NCBI RefSeq assembly: GCF_018350175.1
Contig: NC_058373.1
Coordinates: forward strand, 104,844,001 to 104,908,000
Length of the DNA stretch: 64,000 bases
Origin: Felis catus
Taxonomy: Eukaryota
Reading direction: 5' to 3'
This document shows positions 37,969-51,339 of the stretch, piece after piece; the stretch's first letter is position 1, and every line of letters begins with the position of its first letter. A program made the translations under genes and the position numbers. Under the pieces are notes generated by a model. It was not told the DNA's origin. It ran no database searches and saw only the letters and a list, made by a program, of their open reading frames with translations.

Positions 37969-39189
37969 ACCAGCTGGTGATCGAAGAGGAGGTAAAGAAG
38001 CTATCTGGGCCCTCCTGGAAGGTGGGTAGATACCATACAGAAGGGAAAGGGTGTAATTCATAGTCCATCACACATACTTCCTGCCACAGTCCCATCACAC
38101 ACTCTTCCTGCCACAGGTCCCATAAAATACCCGCCTACCACACTCCCTACTAGAACAAACACCCAACATTACATTCAAGCCAGCCTGCCTAGATGACTGC
38201 AAAACAGGAGTCCCCTCTTATTAAAACAATTTCCCACTTAAATTATTTATTTCTCTGGAGTAACCATAAAATATTCAAATTCAACTGCCAGACCATAAAC
38301 AGAAGAGCCAGAAACTCTTACCTAAGTTTCTTATTTGATATGTATTCATTCCATTACAAGAAGAATCCAACGTTTATTAAGTATCTAAATAATACCAGGT
38401 ACCGTGTCAGAAAATATCTGCAACACCTTGCATATTTATGAATTAAAATAAAGCTTGCAGTTAGGTATAAAAGGGAGGAAGAGAAATTGAATTGTATTTT
38501 TTCAGCAGACATAATTAAACCCCAAAGCTCTGGGCATCAATTAGACACTAGAAATAAAACCTGATTATCCCAGAGACTCATTTCCAGACGAACACTTTTA
38601 TGAGTTGCCTAAGTGTACATGGTCCTGAGTTAGCCATCAACCAAAATGGACTTGTTTTTACCTAGTAACAAACAAACCTTGAGCCCATTATGAGTTTCTT
38701 GTGAAGAAGCAGCCAGAGATCTTTCATTTAATTGGCAATATAACCACCTACATTATTAATGATAAGTTTACTTTCCTCTTAATATAGAAGTCTAAAGGCC
38801 ACCGGTGCGGTAGCAAGTAACAAATGTACGCTAAGAACTTACCAAACAACATCCACTTTCTCCGTGGCTCTACATTATCGAGAAATATTTTCCCGAGATT
38901 TGTGTGAGGTTTCAGGTTCACACAGCGGCATCTGCAACAGACTTCAGAGAGAACTGCAGCTACTCTGAACATCTTAAGTCTAAGAAAAAGGCTTCCGAGA
39001 TTTTTATGTGGCTTAGGACAGAGTGACAAATTAAAATTCAAGACCCAGTCGTTCCCACAGGGCCAAAAAGAAGTCAAATATAAGGATAACCAGAAGAGTC
39101 TTCCTTGATTCTGCTTTCTCCCACCACACGCTTCACAGGAGGCTGCCTTCATTTTCACCCTGGTACCATGAGAGCCTTCACTGGCGTTT

Positions 39190-39680
39190 TCCAAGCAGCA
39201 TTTTTGAAAGGCAATCTGATCACATCAGCCCCTGCTTAAAACCCCTTCAAAGCTTCCTACTGCCTTTAGGGAAAAATCTAAACTTCACGTGGCTTCCGAG
39301 GTGCGCACGATTTCAGTTCTTACAAGTTAAGCGTGCCACACCTCCAGATCTTCACACTTGCTCTAACTTCAGTCTCCACCCCTCTTCTTCCAACCCACCT
39401 CTACTCGTTCTTCAGGCTCAGCTGAAAAGAGTGCTTTTCAAAGAGGTCTGCTCTGGCCCCTACACTGGGTCCCTCTCCGGGGGCACCCAGAGCATCCTGC
39501 TGTTCTGTACTGTTAACCTGGTAATGCAATCATAATTGTTCTTGTTCCATGACTGCCTTTCATGTTAGTTGATTAAACTCTCTGAGATAGGGGTTGTCTC
39601 TCTTGCTTGTTGCCGTGGCTCCAACACCACACAATACCTGGCACGCGGGAGACACTCTTTGTTGAATTAATGAATCATCT
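39190..39680 (+). mobile_element. L2 3' fragment
   Basis: tctgatcacatc...cctgcttaaaaccctt...cctggcac...tttgttgaattaatgaat. Confidence 0.75.
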
Positions 39681-39796
39681 TCTACAATAATACATTCTCG
39701 TGGGGACTGAGGCTATTGTCCTCACACATTTGGAGCCAGATAAAAGATAACCGAGCTAATATGATTAATATGATCCTACCGAGTACTCTCTGCAGG

Positions 39797-40255
39797 AGGG
39801 GTTCTTAACAATTTTTGAGTAGTGGACCTCTCTGTCAGATGAAGACTATGGATTACCCCTTCTTGGAATAATGCTTATAAATGCATGACAGAAGATATAT
39901 AGAACTCTAACGAAATAATTATATTCAAATCCCACTATCAAATTATGTTTTAAATTAGTGATACAATAGTAAATACACTTCTTCACTGTCATTAAATAAA
40001 GAGGTCTAGTGGCAGGTCTAGTAACTACCATGATTTCAAAGTAATGATGAGCATAAATGACATTGAGATTATCCGTGATAACTATAATGTTGATATAAAA
40101 ATAGCTGTGATATTTATTAGTGAGAAGACACACAGCTACTGGCATGGCTACTGGCTCCACGCATAATTAAAACACTAAAATTCAGTCAGAAGTTAGTGAA
40201 AATAAGAATGCCATTTTTGTCATCCAACTTCATGGACCCCTCAGGAGATCCCTGC
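39797..40255. mobile_element. MER119-like hAT-Charlie element
   Basis: ggggttcttaac...tggacc...gaataatgc...aaatgcat...ttcatggacccct...gatccctg. Confidence 0.7.
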
Positions 40256-40289
40256 AAAAGCCAAATAATTGCACTGCCTGGCTCTCCCA

Positions 40290-40745
40290 CTGTGGGGGAG
40301 TATAGGCTACCTGCCTCCCCCCCCCCCGCAACACACACTTGGATCCACAACCACATCTGTGCAGTGTCCACGTTTCCCCTGCGTGGCTCCCATATGTTGG
40401 TTGAACATGGCAGGGTACCAGTGCAGGTTCATTCCCGTGGGACAGAGGGATCCCCCAGTAGGCAACTTTGCCTCAAGAACTCACAATCGACCTGGCCAAG
40501 ACATTCTCAGAACTGTCCTTCCTCTCCTCATCTGTCCGTTCCCATCTGTCCTTTCCTTCCCTTGTCCTCCTTCCTTCCACCTGTCCTCTCACAGAAGTCA
40601 CACCAGCACCGAAAAGTTCATCTGAAAGCTCTCCCAGCCTACACCGTTGCCCTTCCCTTCATCCTTCCCAGGTGTCCCCATGATAAATCTCCTTCACACA
40701 CAACCCCATCTTGATTCTGCTTCCAAGAAGATCTGAACAAACGCA
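40290..40745 (+). mobile_element. LTR33-like ERVL LTR fragment
   Basis: ctgaaagctctcccagcct...ttcccttcatcctt...caggtgt...ataaatctc...ccatcttg...ctgcttc 3' end. Confidence 0.55.
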
Positions 40746-40756
40746 ATCCTCCTCCC

Positions 40757-40947
40757 CTTTTTTTGTTTTTATTTATTTTGAGAGAGAACAGGAGAGGGGC
40801 AAAGAAGGAAAGAGACAGAATCCCAAGCAGGCCCCACACTATCAGCCCAGAGCCCAATGCAGGGCTCAAACTCACAAACCGTGAGATCATGATCTGATCC
40901 AAGATCAAGAGTCAGACACTTAACCGACTGAGCTACTCAGGCACCCC
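40757..40947 (-). mobile_element. Can-SINE
   Basis: Reverse-complement SINE. Confidence 0.9.
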
Positions 40948-41919
40948 ATGCAATACCTTTTAATCAAGGAGAAAAGAAAGGCCTATTCAACTGGGTTTAT
41001 TCAGACCTGATTATTCTGAAAATATCTGGACACTCTACATTTACAACGCTTTACCAATACCTAACACCTGATTGCATAAAAGGGCTTTTCAGAGCATTTT
41101 TTTAAAAAAATCTTTCCCATCAACTCTTTGTCATCCAAAGGAAGGCTCACATAGGGTTAAGGCCATGGACTAGCCTCCCTGAACAGATGACAGTGGCTCA
41201 TTAAGGAACTTGGAACAGGAACAAGAGAACTGAGAGCTACAGCCACCACAAAGACTTTATTTCAATAAGACGGTTTGAAGATTACACAATGTCAACCCAT
41301 TAGAATACCCCACCGTCATTCCTGAGAGTCCCTCTGACAAAATCCTATGGGTATGAAGTGAGCACACAGGAGCTCCACATGCACAATAGAGAAGCTAATA
41401 CACCGGGTGGCCAGCTGTAACTCAGAATCGAAGGGAAGGTGCTGCAGACACAGGATTGTGGCAAGTAAATCTTAATGCGGAAGAGGGAAAAAGAGTGTTT
41501 ACAGCACAGAGCATCTCCCTTCCCCACTCTCCACCCCTTCCACCAGGGATTTCAGGTATAATAACAACATAAAAGGTAATATTAGAACCAATATTAAAAT
41601 AAATAGGGAACAGGAACACTCCACAAAAGGGGAAATGTAAACGAGCGCAGAAGAATCAAGATGAGAGAAATAAACAAACATGAAGCTTCTAAGAGCTGAT
41701 GGAGAGAGATGTGCTCGTAACACCGCAAGTGGAAAGCTGAAACACATTTTCTGACTGGGACCTCTTCTGGTGTGTTGGTTAGATTCTACAGGGCCCTTAG
41801 ACGAACTCCTACTTCTGGTACATTGTGAGCTAAATCAGTTGTTATGGGCCACCCGGGGGACCTTACCATGTATATGTCATGGTTTCTAAGGTGTAATGCC
41901 CTCTGCGTTTCACTTTTGT

Positions 41920-42136
41920 GGGGGCGCTGGGTGACGCAGTCAGTTAAGCATCCGACTCTTGATCTCAGCTCAGGTCATGATCTCCCAGTTCATGAGATTG
42001 AGCCCCGTGTAGGGTTTCACACTGACATCTAGGAGCCTGCTTGGGATTCTCTCTCTCTTCCTCTCTCTCTGCTCTCTCCCCCACTGATAGGCTCTCTCCC
42101 CACCCCTTAAAACAAACATAAAAAACTTTTTTTAAG
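41920..42136 (+). mobile_element. Can-SINE whose tail holds an L1 insertion
   Basis: TSD cacttttg at 41911 and 42625. Confidence 0.9.
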
Positions 42137-42150
42137 AAAAAAACTCTTTA

Positions 42151-42603
42151 CTCTCAACAATAGCCAAATTGTGGAAAGAGCCTAAATGTCCATCAACTGA
42201 TGAATGGATAAAGAAATTGTGGTTTATATACACAATGGAATACTATGTGGCAATGAGAAAGAACGAAATATGGCCCTTTGTAGCAACATGGATGGAACTG
42301 GAGAGTGTGATGCTAAGTGAAATAAGCCATACAGAGAAAGACAGATAACCATATGGTTTCACTCTTATGTGGATCCTGAGAAACTTAACAGAAACCCATG
42401 GGGGAGGGGAAGGAAAAAAAAAAGAGGTTAGAGTGGGAGAGAGCCAAAGCATAAGAGACTCTTAAAAACTGAGAACTGAGGGTTGATGGGGGGTGGGAGG
42501 GAGGGGAGGGTGGGTGATGGGTATTGAGGAGGGCACCTTTTGGGATGAGCACTGGGTGTTGTATGGAAACCAATTTGACAATAAATTTCATATATTGAAG
42601 AAA
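42151..42603 (+). mobile_element. Short young felid-type L1 3' end
   Basis: Nearly identical to the 3' part of the L1 at 33959-35163; TSD aaaaaaactcttta. Confidence 0.93.
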
Positions 42604-42694
42604 AAAAAAACTCTTTAAGAAAAACACTTTTGGGAAAAGAATTCACTCCAAAATGTAAAATATCCTGTGCTTCCTTATGTAAATAGAAACATGG

Positions 42695-43193
42695 AGGCAA
42701 GGGGTGGATTGCGTCCCCCAAAAGGATATGTCAGATATGTTGATGCCTTAACTGCCAGTACCTCAGAATGTGACTTAATTGGAAATAGGGAGCTTTCAGA
42801 TGTAATTAGTTAAATTAAAATGAGGTCCTTCTGGAGAAGCATGGGCCCTGAATCCAATACGACTTGTATCCCCATAAGAAGAGAGAGGCACACTGAGAGG
42901 AGAGGGCCACGTGAAAACCCAGACAGGCAGGAAGAAGAAAATGGCCATGTGATGACAGGCAGAGATGGGAATGATGCATCTACAGGTCAAGGAACACCAA
43001 GGATTCCCCGTAATGCCTGAAACTAGGAGAGGAGCACAGGACACACTTTTCCTCAGAGCCTCAAGAAAAAACCAACTTTGCCAACACCTCGATTTCCATT
43101 TCTAGCCCCCAGAAAGCTGAAAGGGTCAATCTCTCTTGTGTTTAGCCACCTTGTTAGTGGAACTTTGTTATGGCGGCCCAGGAAACTGATACA
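42695..43193 (+). mobile_element. MaLR LTR (MLT1C-like)
   Basis: gtacctcagaatgtgactta...tttagccacc...tttgttatggcggccccaggaaactgataca. Confidence 0.85.
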
Positions 43194-43744
43194 ATAAGCT
43201 TTAGGGCTTCTCCCCCCGACACTTCCCCGTCCAGCCTTCCCGCCTCTGCTACCACCAGGTTACTGATATATAAATCTCACGTTAATGTGCCAGGTTTCAT
43301 GGGGTTTGAGTCCATGCTGGAGATGGTCCAACACTCTCAGAAACTGGCTCCTCGGTAGCAAAACTCAGCCTGCTGATGATGCTAAGGCCCTGAGTCACCT
43401 CTTTGTTCCTATGGAACAATTTGCATGCTGAGGCGATCCAGCTCAATTCTGGCCTCGATATATTACACTTTAATGGTACTTTTCTTCCAAGAACACTTAC
43501 GAAAATTGCCTCATTAATTCTCACTGCTCCCTTGTGCAGCAAGACAGGGACAAGTGTGATTATCTCAATTTTGAAGACAAAGACCCTGAATTCTAAGATC
43601 CCAGGACTATGAAGAACATTGAGAGGTCATCAGCCCCAGAAAGGCCCAAACTTGTTGCTCAGCGGAATCACCTGACAGCTCAGCAAAAATACAGATTCAC
43701 AGGCCCAGCCGCCCCAGGACACAGCCCAAGAGTCTTTATTTCTT

Positions 43745-43759
43745 TTTTTTATGTTTATT

Positions 43760-43804
<45 letters not shown>

Positions 43805-44041
43805 AAGCAGGGGAGGGGCAGCAGAGACGGGGGACAGAGGATCTGAAGCAGGCTCCGTACTGACAGCACAGATCAAGCCCTGTGTAGGGTTTCATGCTGA
43901 CATTGAGGAGCCTGCTTGGGATTCTCTCTCTTCCTCTCTCTCTGCCCCCTCCCCCACTGTGGGGCTTGAATTCATGAACCATGAGATCATGACCTGAGCA
44001 AAAGCTGGACACTTAACCGACTGAGCCACCCAGGTTCCCCC
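43745..44041 (-). mobile_element. Can-SINE with an internal opposite-orientation SINE patch (43871-43959)
   Basis: Minus-strand head and tail flank a plus-strand SINE segment. Confidence 0.9.
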
Positions 44042-44769
44042 AAAAGTCTGTATTGCTAAAGTTGCCCACATACCTCCCCCCCAGTTTTTTTTGTAACCTG
44101 ACAAACACAGTTTGTGAACTGGCATTTGGGAACCACAGAGAGTCTAGTCTTTCTCAAGTTTGGGGAATATGTGGGCAGACCCTTTTTACAAGATAAAAAT
44201 GCTTATGATCCTCAGGTGATACAAATTGTTTTTATTATAATGTTACTTAAATAAATACCGAAGTCTATATATAAACCCCTAATCCTGGTAGCTCTTTTAT
44301 ATGACTATAAAACTAAAACAAGTTCATAAATTAAATAGAATCCCAATAAAATCCAAAATGACACCGGCAGTCAGTGATTGTCACAGAACCAGTCCCTGAC
44401 AGGTCTGCATGCTCAGGCCATACATGTTGCAGGAGACTATCCTCCTCCACTCTTCTTTCCAAGAACCATGACCGGGCCTGCCCTCCTGCAGCCTGCCTCG
44501 ATACCATGGTCTTCACTTCCTGAAAACGTGATCATAGGCACAACGTAAATGCAGGCTTTCCAATCATATGCATATTCAGCTATTAGGAGTCATTAAATAA
44601 TCTAATACAGGCTTACCCTGGGGTGTTCACATTATCATCCAAATGTGAGCACAGGATTTAAAATTTCTTATAGTGAACTTGTGGACCTCCCTTTGATAAA
44701 TATTGATCTACTCCATTTGCCTTTTCTTGGCAGGGTCAGAATTCAGTGAACATTGACTTCAAATGCTTG

Positions 44770-45020
44770 GTAATAGTTAACACTATACTATGCTTATTAT
44801 ATAGCAGACACACTGTCCTAAGCCTATTACATACACTAACTTCTTTACTCTTCGTATTAACCATGTACGGTAGATACAACCATTATTTCCATTGTGCACA
44901 CGATAGAACTGGGCAAGAGACAGTAAGCAATTTGCCCAAGATCACACAGCTCCTAAGGGGCAGACCCAGGATTTGAACCCAGAAAGTCTGGATCCAGACT
45001 CTGTGTCCTTCAACACTAAC
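44770..45020 (-). mobile_element. MIR
   Basis: aatttgcccaagatcacacagct...ccaggatttgaacccag. Confidence 0.75.
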
Positions 45021-47419
45021 TGTATATACTTTTCAAGGGAGGTATTGGCATTCCAAGATTTGTAGTAGCGTCTGATTTCTCTCTACTCCCAACAAGTAAG
45101 TAGTAATCTGAGTGAATGGATCCAGGGTGGCAAGAGTTGCAGTAAAGAGGAGCTTGAATGAGGGGTGGGAAGTGGCACTGCATGGGGACAGGAAAAAGGG
45201 GCCTTAGGGACTCAGCAAGCCAAAAAGCCAGGCAACTCACCTAAATAGGCATCCATCCAGAAAAGCGAGGTAGAGTAGAAAAATCTGGGTAGACACCAAT
45301 AGGAAGAAACCAAGGAAACTGGATGAGTAAACAGGTCTGAAGCAGAGTGAGGCAGAGTGAGCAGAGTTCTGCCTCATCTCGTTTAGAGAAAACTTAGATG
45401 TTTTCTCTAAGCAGAAAAGGAAAACATCGGCAGCCTTGGGTATGACAGGGAGGGAGCTGTTACAGTTGCCTATTTAGCTCCAGTAGAATCCTGCAAAAAG
45501 GAACCCCAGTCAGCTGAGTATAAACTTACATATGTTGCCTAAGAGGACCCCTCACAAGAAAGATAAAAGTGACACTCAACTCTCTGGAGAATTAAAGTCA
45601 CAAAAGCTCACCATAGGAAAAATCCAAGGCTTCTTCCTCAAAGACAATTGCATCTTTTATCTTGTCATCTACCAGGTCATTAGATGAATTTTGCTCCCTA
45701 ATACTTCTCACATTCTAAAAATATAAAGGCATCAAGCTAGATCAAGTTGGTATAGACTCGATCATAGGTGAAGCAAGATTAAATGATTGCTGTAACTCCA
45801 ATGAATGGTGTGCTTTTCTAAAACCTTATTTGGACATAATGAATAGGAGCCCTCCTAAAACTGGGTTCGTGTTGTAATGATAAAAGTTAGGTGCCCATAA
45901 GTAAACCTTTGACTTCATAATTAAGAAAATCAACCCACTGGACTTAGGATCAAAATAGCATTAAACCTCACTGATGAGAGAGAAAAAAAAACAACAATAA
46001 CAACACAAAATCAAAGATCATGCCATTGAGAATAGACGATCTTTCCCGGCTGCAAGATATACTTGCTTCTGAGCTATAAAAAAATGTCATAATCATAGAT
46101 ACTCACATTTCACATTTTTTTCAAAGAGCCTCTCTCTCTGTCTGTGTCAGCACTAAGTTTTATATTTGATGGTTTCTGCACCACAAGTAGTGTCTATTTT
46201 AGGTTACAAAGTAGAAAGGAAGACGTAGGCCCAGAAGAACCAAATGTTTGGAACCTGATAAGCCTATGTAAATTCTGTGTTGACTCATTTCAACAATTTA
46301 TTGACCTTCTTCTGTGACCAGGTGCTTGCTGGATGGCGGGTACAGAGATGTCAGGACCCAGCTCCTGCCTTCAAGGAGCTTACAATCTCACAGAGACGAC
46401 CTAGTGAGAATTAATATGACAAGTGGTTAAGTCCCCACGGTGGCAAAGATGGCTGTCACAAATAACGAATGAAGGCATTCATTAACAAGTATTTTTACTC
46501 CTGTGGAAACTCGGGGTGGTGGAGAGGAGTCTCCCTTACCCTGAGGGATTTCAAAATGAATGACTCTGCAACATGAAGTGCCACATAGCAAGCTCACCCT
46601 ACTAACAACTTAGGCACCTCCACTAGAGCTCAGAATGGGAACAACATTTGCTTTTTTAAGTCACAATTATTGAATCCTGATCCTGAATCTGAGTTTGTTC
46701 CTCTTATGATGCAATGTTCCTATGGTTCTGAGAGTGAATGATTCTGCCCAGAAGAATTTTTGATAAAGCCTTTTGTATCCACCTAGATTCTCACGCAGAG
46801 AATAAAAACAACTGACTCAAACCTGGATTTCTCAGTAATTTGTCTACAGTGCACTTCTCAGGTCCCACAACATGACATTCGCCTTTAACTTGTTGGCTTC
46901 AAGTGGAGCACTTTCCAGGCAGCCTTAACTTCTGTGCCTTGATTTTCCAACTGGCAGGGCAAATGCTGTGAGTAGAACACTGTCTGACCCTGCGAATGCA
47001 GTAATATGGAAAGGGGCTGGGACAAACAGACCCTCCTCCAAGGTCTGCAGAGGTTGGAGTATAGTCTTGGCTGCTTTACTCAAACCCACTTCAACAAGGA
47101 GGATTGTGATCCTTTGCTCATTATTATATCAGCTAACCTCTAGCATACACCTACAGGGTGCCAGCTCTGGGTTAAATATTTTGCAACCATCTCCTGCAGT
47201 TTTCAAAACAACTCCAATGCCATCCCAATTTTATAAGGAGGAAGCCAAAGAAAAGCTAGGTGCATGGGGCATTCTAGAAGTTCTTGATTTGAACTGCCTC
47301 TTGACTTCAGGGCTTTCTATCAAAGTGTTTTCAGATTGTTGTCTGTGTGCTTGTTTGTTTACTACTCTGCTGTATTCCTTCAGTTGGCCACACCCCTCCA
47401 TCTTGAAACAATCCTTTCC

Positions 47420-48790
47420 TTACATTCTGTGACACCGAGCTTCTCACCTGTCCGATCTCCAATTACTCCTCCTCAGCCTCTTTTAGGGGGTGTGACCTAC
47501 TCTACCTCACCTTTCAATTATTAAAGTTTCTCTGTTCCACACCATCCTCCTTCTCCCTCTAAACTTGCTCCCCAGGCATTATCATTTACTCCTATTACCA
47601 ACCAATGTTGATGACTATAAAATATGTAGCCCAGGGGCACCTCGGTGGCTCAGTCAGTTAAGTGTGTTACTGACTCTTGATTTCCGTTCAGCTCATGATC
47701 TCACGGTTCATGACTTCGAGCCCTGAGTCTCTGTTTGTGCCGACAGCATGGAGCCTGCTTAGGATTCTCTCTCTCCTTCTCTCTCTGCCCCTCCCCTGCT
47801 CTCTCTCTCTCAAAAATAAATAAACATTAAAATAAAAAAAAAATATGTAACTCAAATTCAGCCTCTCCTCTAAGCTCCAGACATCTCTCTCCTTCAAGTG
47901 TCTCTCATGCACCCAAAATTTAACTCCTGATCTCTTCCTCTTCCCACCCCTACTGTACCCCAAACTTAGGTCCTCCCTTGGTCTTCCCATCTCAGTAATG
48001 ATACCACTCCCCACCCAACTGCATTAGCCAAAAGCTTACGAGTCACCTTGAACACTTCCCTTCCCTCCATTCCAAGATCCAATCATGGAGACCTTTTCAT
48101 TCTACCTCTTAACTTAATCTTGAGTCCATCCACTTTCTCCTTGTCCCAGTAAGAGCCACCTTTCCTCTTGCCCAGTCTATTGTGACAAGCTCCTCACTGG
48201 CTTCCCTGCATCTGTTCTTGCTCCTCCTCTACTCCATTTTTTTATATAGCCTTCCTCACAAGACATCCTGTAGCCAAAGTGATGCCTTTAAAATTCAGAT
48301 AGCACATTCGAACCCTTCAATGGCTTCCTATGACTCACAGCATGAAATCCTGAATTCTTGTCCTAGCAGCAAGGTTTTGCAGGTTTGGTCCCTGTTTGAT
48401 TCACCAGCCACCGCATTCTTACTCTTAACCCCAGGCACACTGGCTTTCATTCCTGTCCTCAAATACTTCTTGCCTCCAGCCTTCACAAATCCATTGTGTT
48501 TGCCCGAAATCCTTCTTTCTCAGCCTCTACCCCTCTTTGTCTACACCTGAGTTCACAAACACATTGCCCAGGAAAGCCTTCTCTGACCCCCTCAGGTCAC
48601 TGCCCCTACTGTAAGATCTCTGGCCACCTACTCTTCTCCTTCATGGTGCTCATCATAATTGTAATTTAAAGACTGGTGATTGCTCGATTAACGTCTGTGC
48701 CCTTCTCCTTATTAAAATGCCTGTGCCCTGTCATGAGGGCAGTCACAGTGTCTGGGAGCTTGCTGGGGTATCTTTAGCACCGCTGGATTC
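47420..48790 (+). mobile_element. Long L2 fragment with a nested Can-SINE (47634-47840)
   Basis: tgatgacta-aaaat, ctctcctctaagctccagac, cttcccatctcagtaatg and gaaagccttctctgacc L2 motifs; SINE TSD aaaatatgta. Confidence 0.75.
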
Positions 48791-50204
48791 TCGCCCAAGT
48801 TTCTATTACTTTGGGTAGGAAAGAATGTCTACATGTGCTGCGGGTCATATCACCATCCTCTTGAGGCAATCATGCATGTGTCTTTATGTACTGTCTTTCA
48901 CTTTCCTATGCCATTTATACATATGTTATGTGAATTTATATATGTTATCATATGCTACATTGTAAGCTCTAAAGAGCCACTAAGTTGGCCTCGTAGAGTT
49001 GGGATGCTAAGAAATTAATACTGAGACTCAGTGCCATTCAAGGAGTGTTTCTTCTACTGTCCTCATTTTACAGGTAATAAAACTGAGATGCAGAATCTGT
49101 TGTCCCAGGGCTCACGGTCTGGTAAAGCACGTGAGTGATGCTCTACCTGTGAATTTATGAATGATCGCATAAGCCATTTCACTTCTCACAGGGAGCTGAG
49201 TGGCACATAGATTCTATGGCATTATCAAGGCCACTTTCCACACCTTCCATTTCTATGTTGACCAACTGAGTGATCAGAAAAGCTTTGAAACCATCTTGTA
49301 ATATGCAATGAAGAGTCAGCTACCTACAAGGTTAAACCTATATGGCTTCCTGACTACATTAAACGCAAAGACATTCCTTTTTTTCCCTAAAGCAATTATG
49401 TGGGAACTTCATTTGCCAGTAAGACTACCAAGGCCTGCGGTGTTACACAGAATTTTTTGTGAGGGCTTGAGCACAAAAATACCACAAGGAACATTTAGAT
49501 TAAAGTATAATTTTCATGCCTCACCAAAGTGCTTCCATTTCATCTGTTTGGTCCAGGACAACCAAAAACGCTCATTATTCCCCACCTGTCCTGGGTCTGA
49601 CCATGGAGGCACCCTTTCTCTTGGACCTAGATTTCAAGAAAGACACAGACCACACTGCCATGGCTAAATGGAAAAAGCAATGGAAGCCTGTGTGACTTCA
49701 ACTGAAATGGCCACTATGGCTTCCTGGAGTCCTGAAGACTGCTCAAGCCATGTGCTTGCTAACGCATGTATCAGTGGTCTTCACTCCAGAGAGGAAATAA
49801 AGCACTAAGAAAAAATATTTCCAGTTGGATCCTCTATGGGGTCACGTTTCCTCTGATTTACTAATTCCGATAGAGAAAGCAACAAAATATGTCCCAGGTG
49901 AGGCAGATGTATGCATCCTTTACTTGCTGCCTGGAACAAAAATAAGCATTCGGTTAAATTTTTCAATCATTCATTAAACAGACAGTTGTAAAGGCTTATG
50001 AAGTACATGAAAGTGTGCTAAATCCATAGGAGAAAGTGAGGTGAAATAAACAGGGCTCTTTTCTGGTTTCAGAATCTTCTTCAGGTATTGCAGATCACAT
50101 ATGCAAACAACTTTAATGGAAGGCAACGTAATTATCTCATATTTAATTAACTAGTAACAGAGCATCTTTAAAGCGGCATGTTAACAGGTAATATTCCTTA
50201 TTGC

Positions 50205-50372
50205 CTTGCTCAAAGCTTGGTCCATGGACTAGAAGCATCAGGGCATCGCCTGGGAGCTTGGTAGAAAGGCACAATCTCAGATGCAATCACATAACTACGG
50301 AAGCAGAATCTGCATTTTAATCAGATCCCCCAGATGATTCAAATGCTCCATGAAGTTTGGAGAAGCACCGCT
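50205..50372. mobile_element. MER5-like element
   Basis: gctcaaagcttggtcc...cctgggagcttggtagaaa...cagaatctgcattttaa...aagtttggagaagcac. Confidence 0.75.
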
Positions 50373-51339
50373 TTACATTATTTGGCACTCAGTCACTGCC
50401 CACCGGTGACAAAGTTGATGGAAGCTGACTTCAAAGCAGAGACTCAGATTTTTATAGAATAAATGCTTAATACCTTGTTTTTAACGTGAATCTCTGAGGG
50501 ATTTGTTTTAGGACCTAAACGTACAAAATGGGATTCTAAAGCTCAGCAAACTACATGTCCTTGAATTTTAATATCCTATGAGTACTCAGACCCTTACCTG
50601 GAATGCTAAAGGGTTTTAAAATATAGCTCTATTCACACTGATAAGAGCATTTTCTTTTAAAGCTTATCATGTATTAAACTGACCTTACAGAAGCCACTGG
50701 AGGAGATGGAAATTCTCATCAAGTTCAACTCAATGATAAAAATCTTTTAGAGGGAATGTCACCAGAGGGAACCAAGACGGGATTCCTCCCCGCTTAAGAG
50801 CTGCTGAGTCATAGAATCATAAAATGTGAGCCCAGAAAAGACCTTTGAGCTTATTCCCTCAGCTCTGCTTCATTCCTGAAGAAAATCATTCTGCCTTCAT
50901 CTCCATAGTTTCTTTTTCCAATGAGCTCCAAACGATTCACATTTATCAACCAACCAATCAACCAACCTATAGATTCTTTTTGTCTTCTGACACCTGCAAA
51001 GTGCCATGAGCAGCTTGATTATAGCAAATAAAATGGTATGAGTTGTGTGCCATAAGATGCAAGATGAAGAGAAGCTTTAGGAAGAGAGCCCTTGAGGCAG
51101 GGTGGCCAGAGAGGGCTTCATGTGGCTAGAGGGAATCCTGGAGCTCAACAGTCCCAGGAAACGGAGGTGCCAGGAGTTAGGTGTTTTCACCTGAGAGAAC
51201 CAGAGTGGGAAACCACGCTCCCGCCTAACTCCTTCTACCGTGCCATGGCCCCCCCAGCAGTACTGGCTTTCTGGAATTTGGCTGTAAGGCCAAGTCTGCT
51301 AGTTGCCCACCAAAGTCCATTCTCCCCTTCTTCTATAGC

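Noticed and set aside
38063..38123. ~27-bp tandem duplication (similar small ones at 19065-19108, 32421-32461, 36570-36592)
   Set aside because: Ordinary slippage duplications with no further structure.
45348..45412. Two adjacent hairpins (tgaggcaga/tctgcctca; ttagagaaaac/gttttctctaa)
   Set aside because: Stems of 9-11 bp are too short for a pre-miRNA and are plausible by chance in 64 kb.
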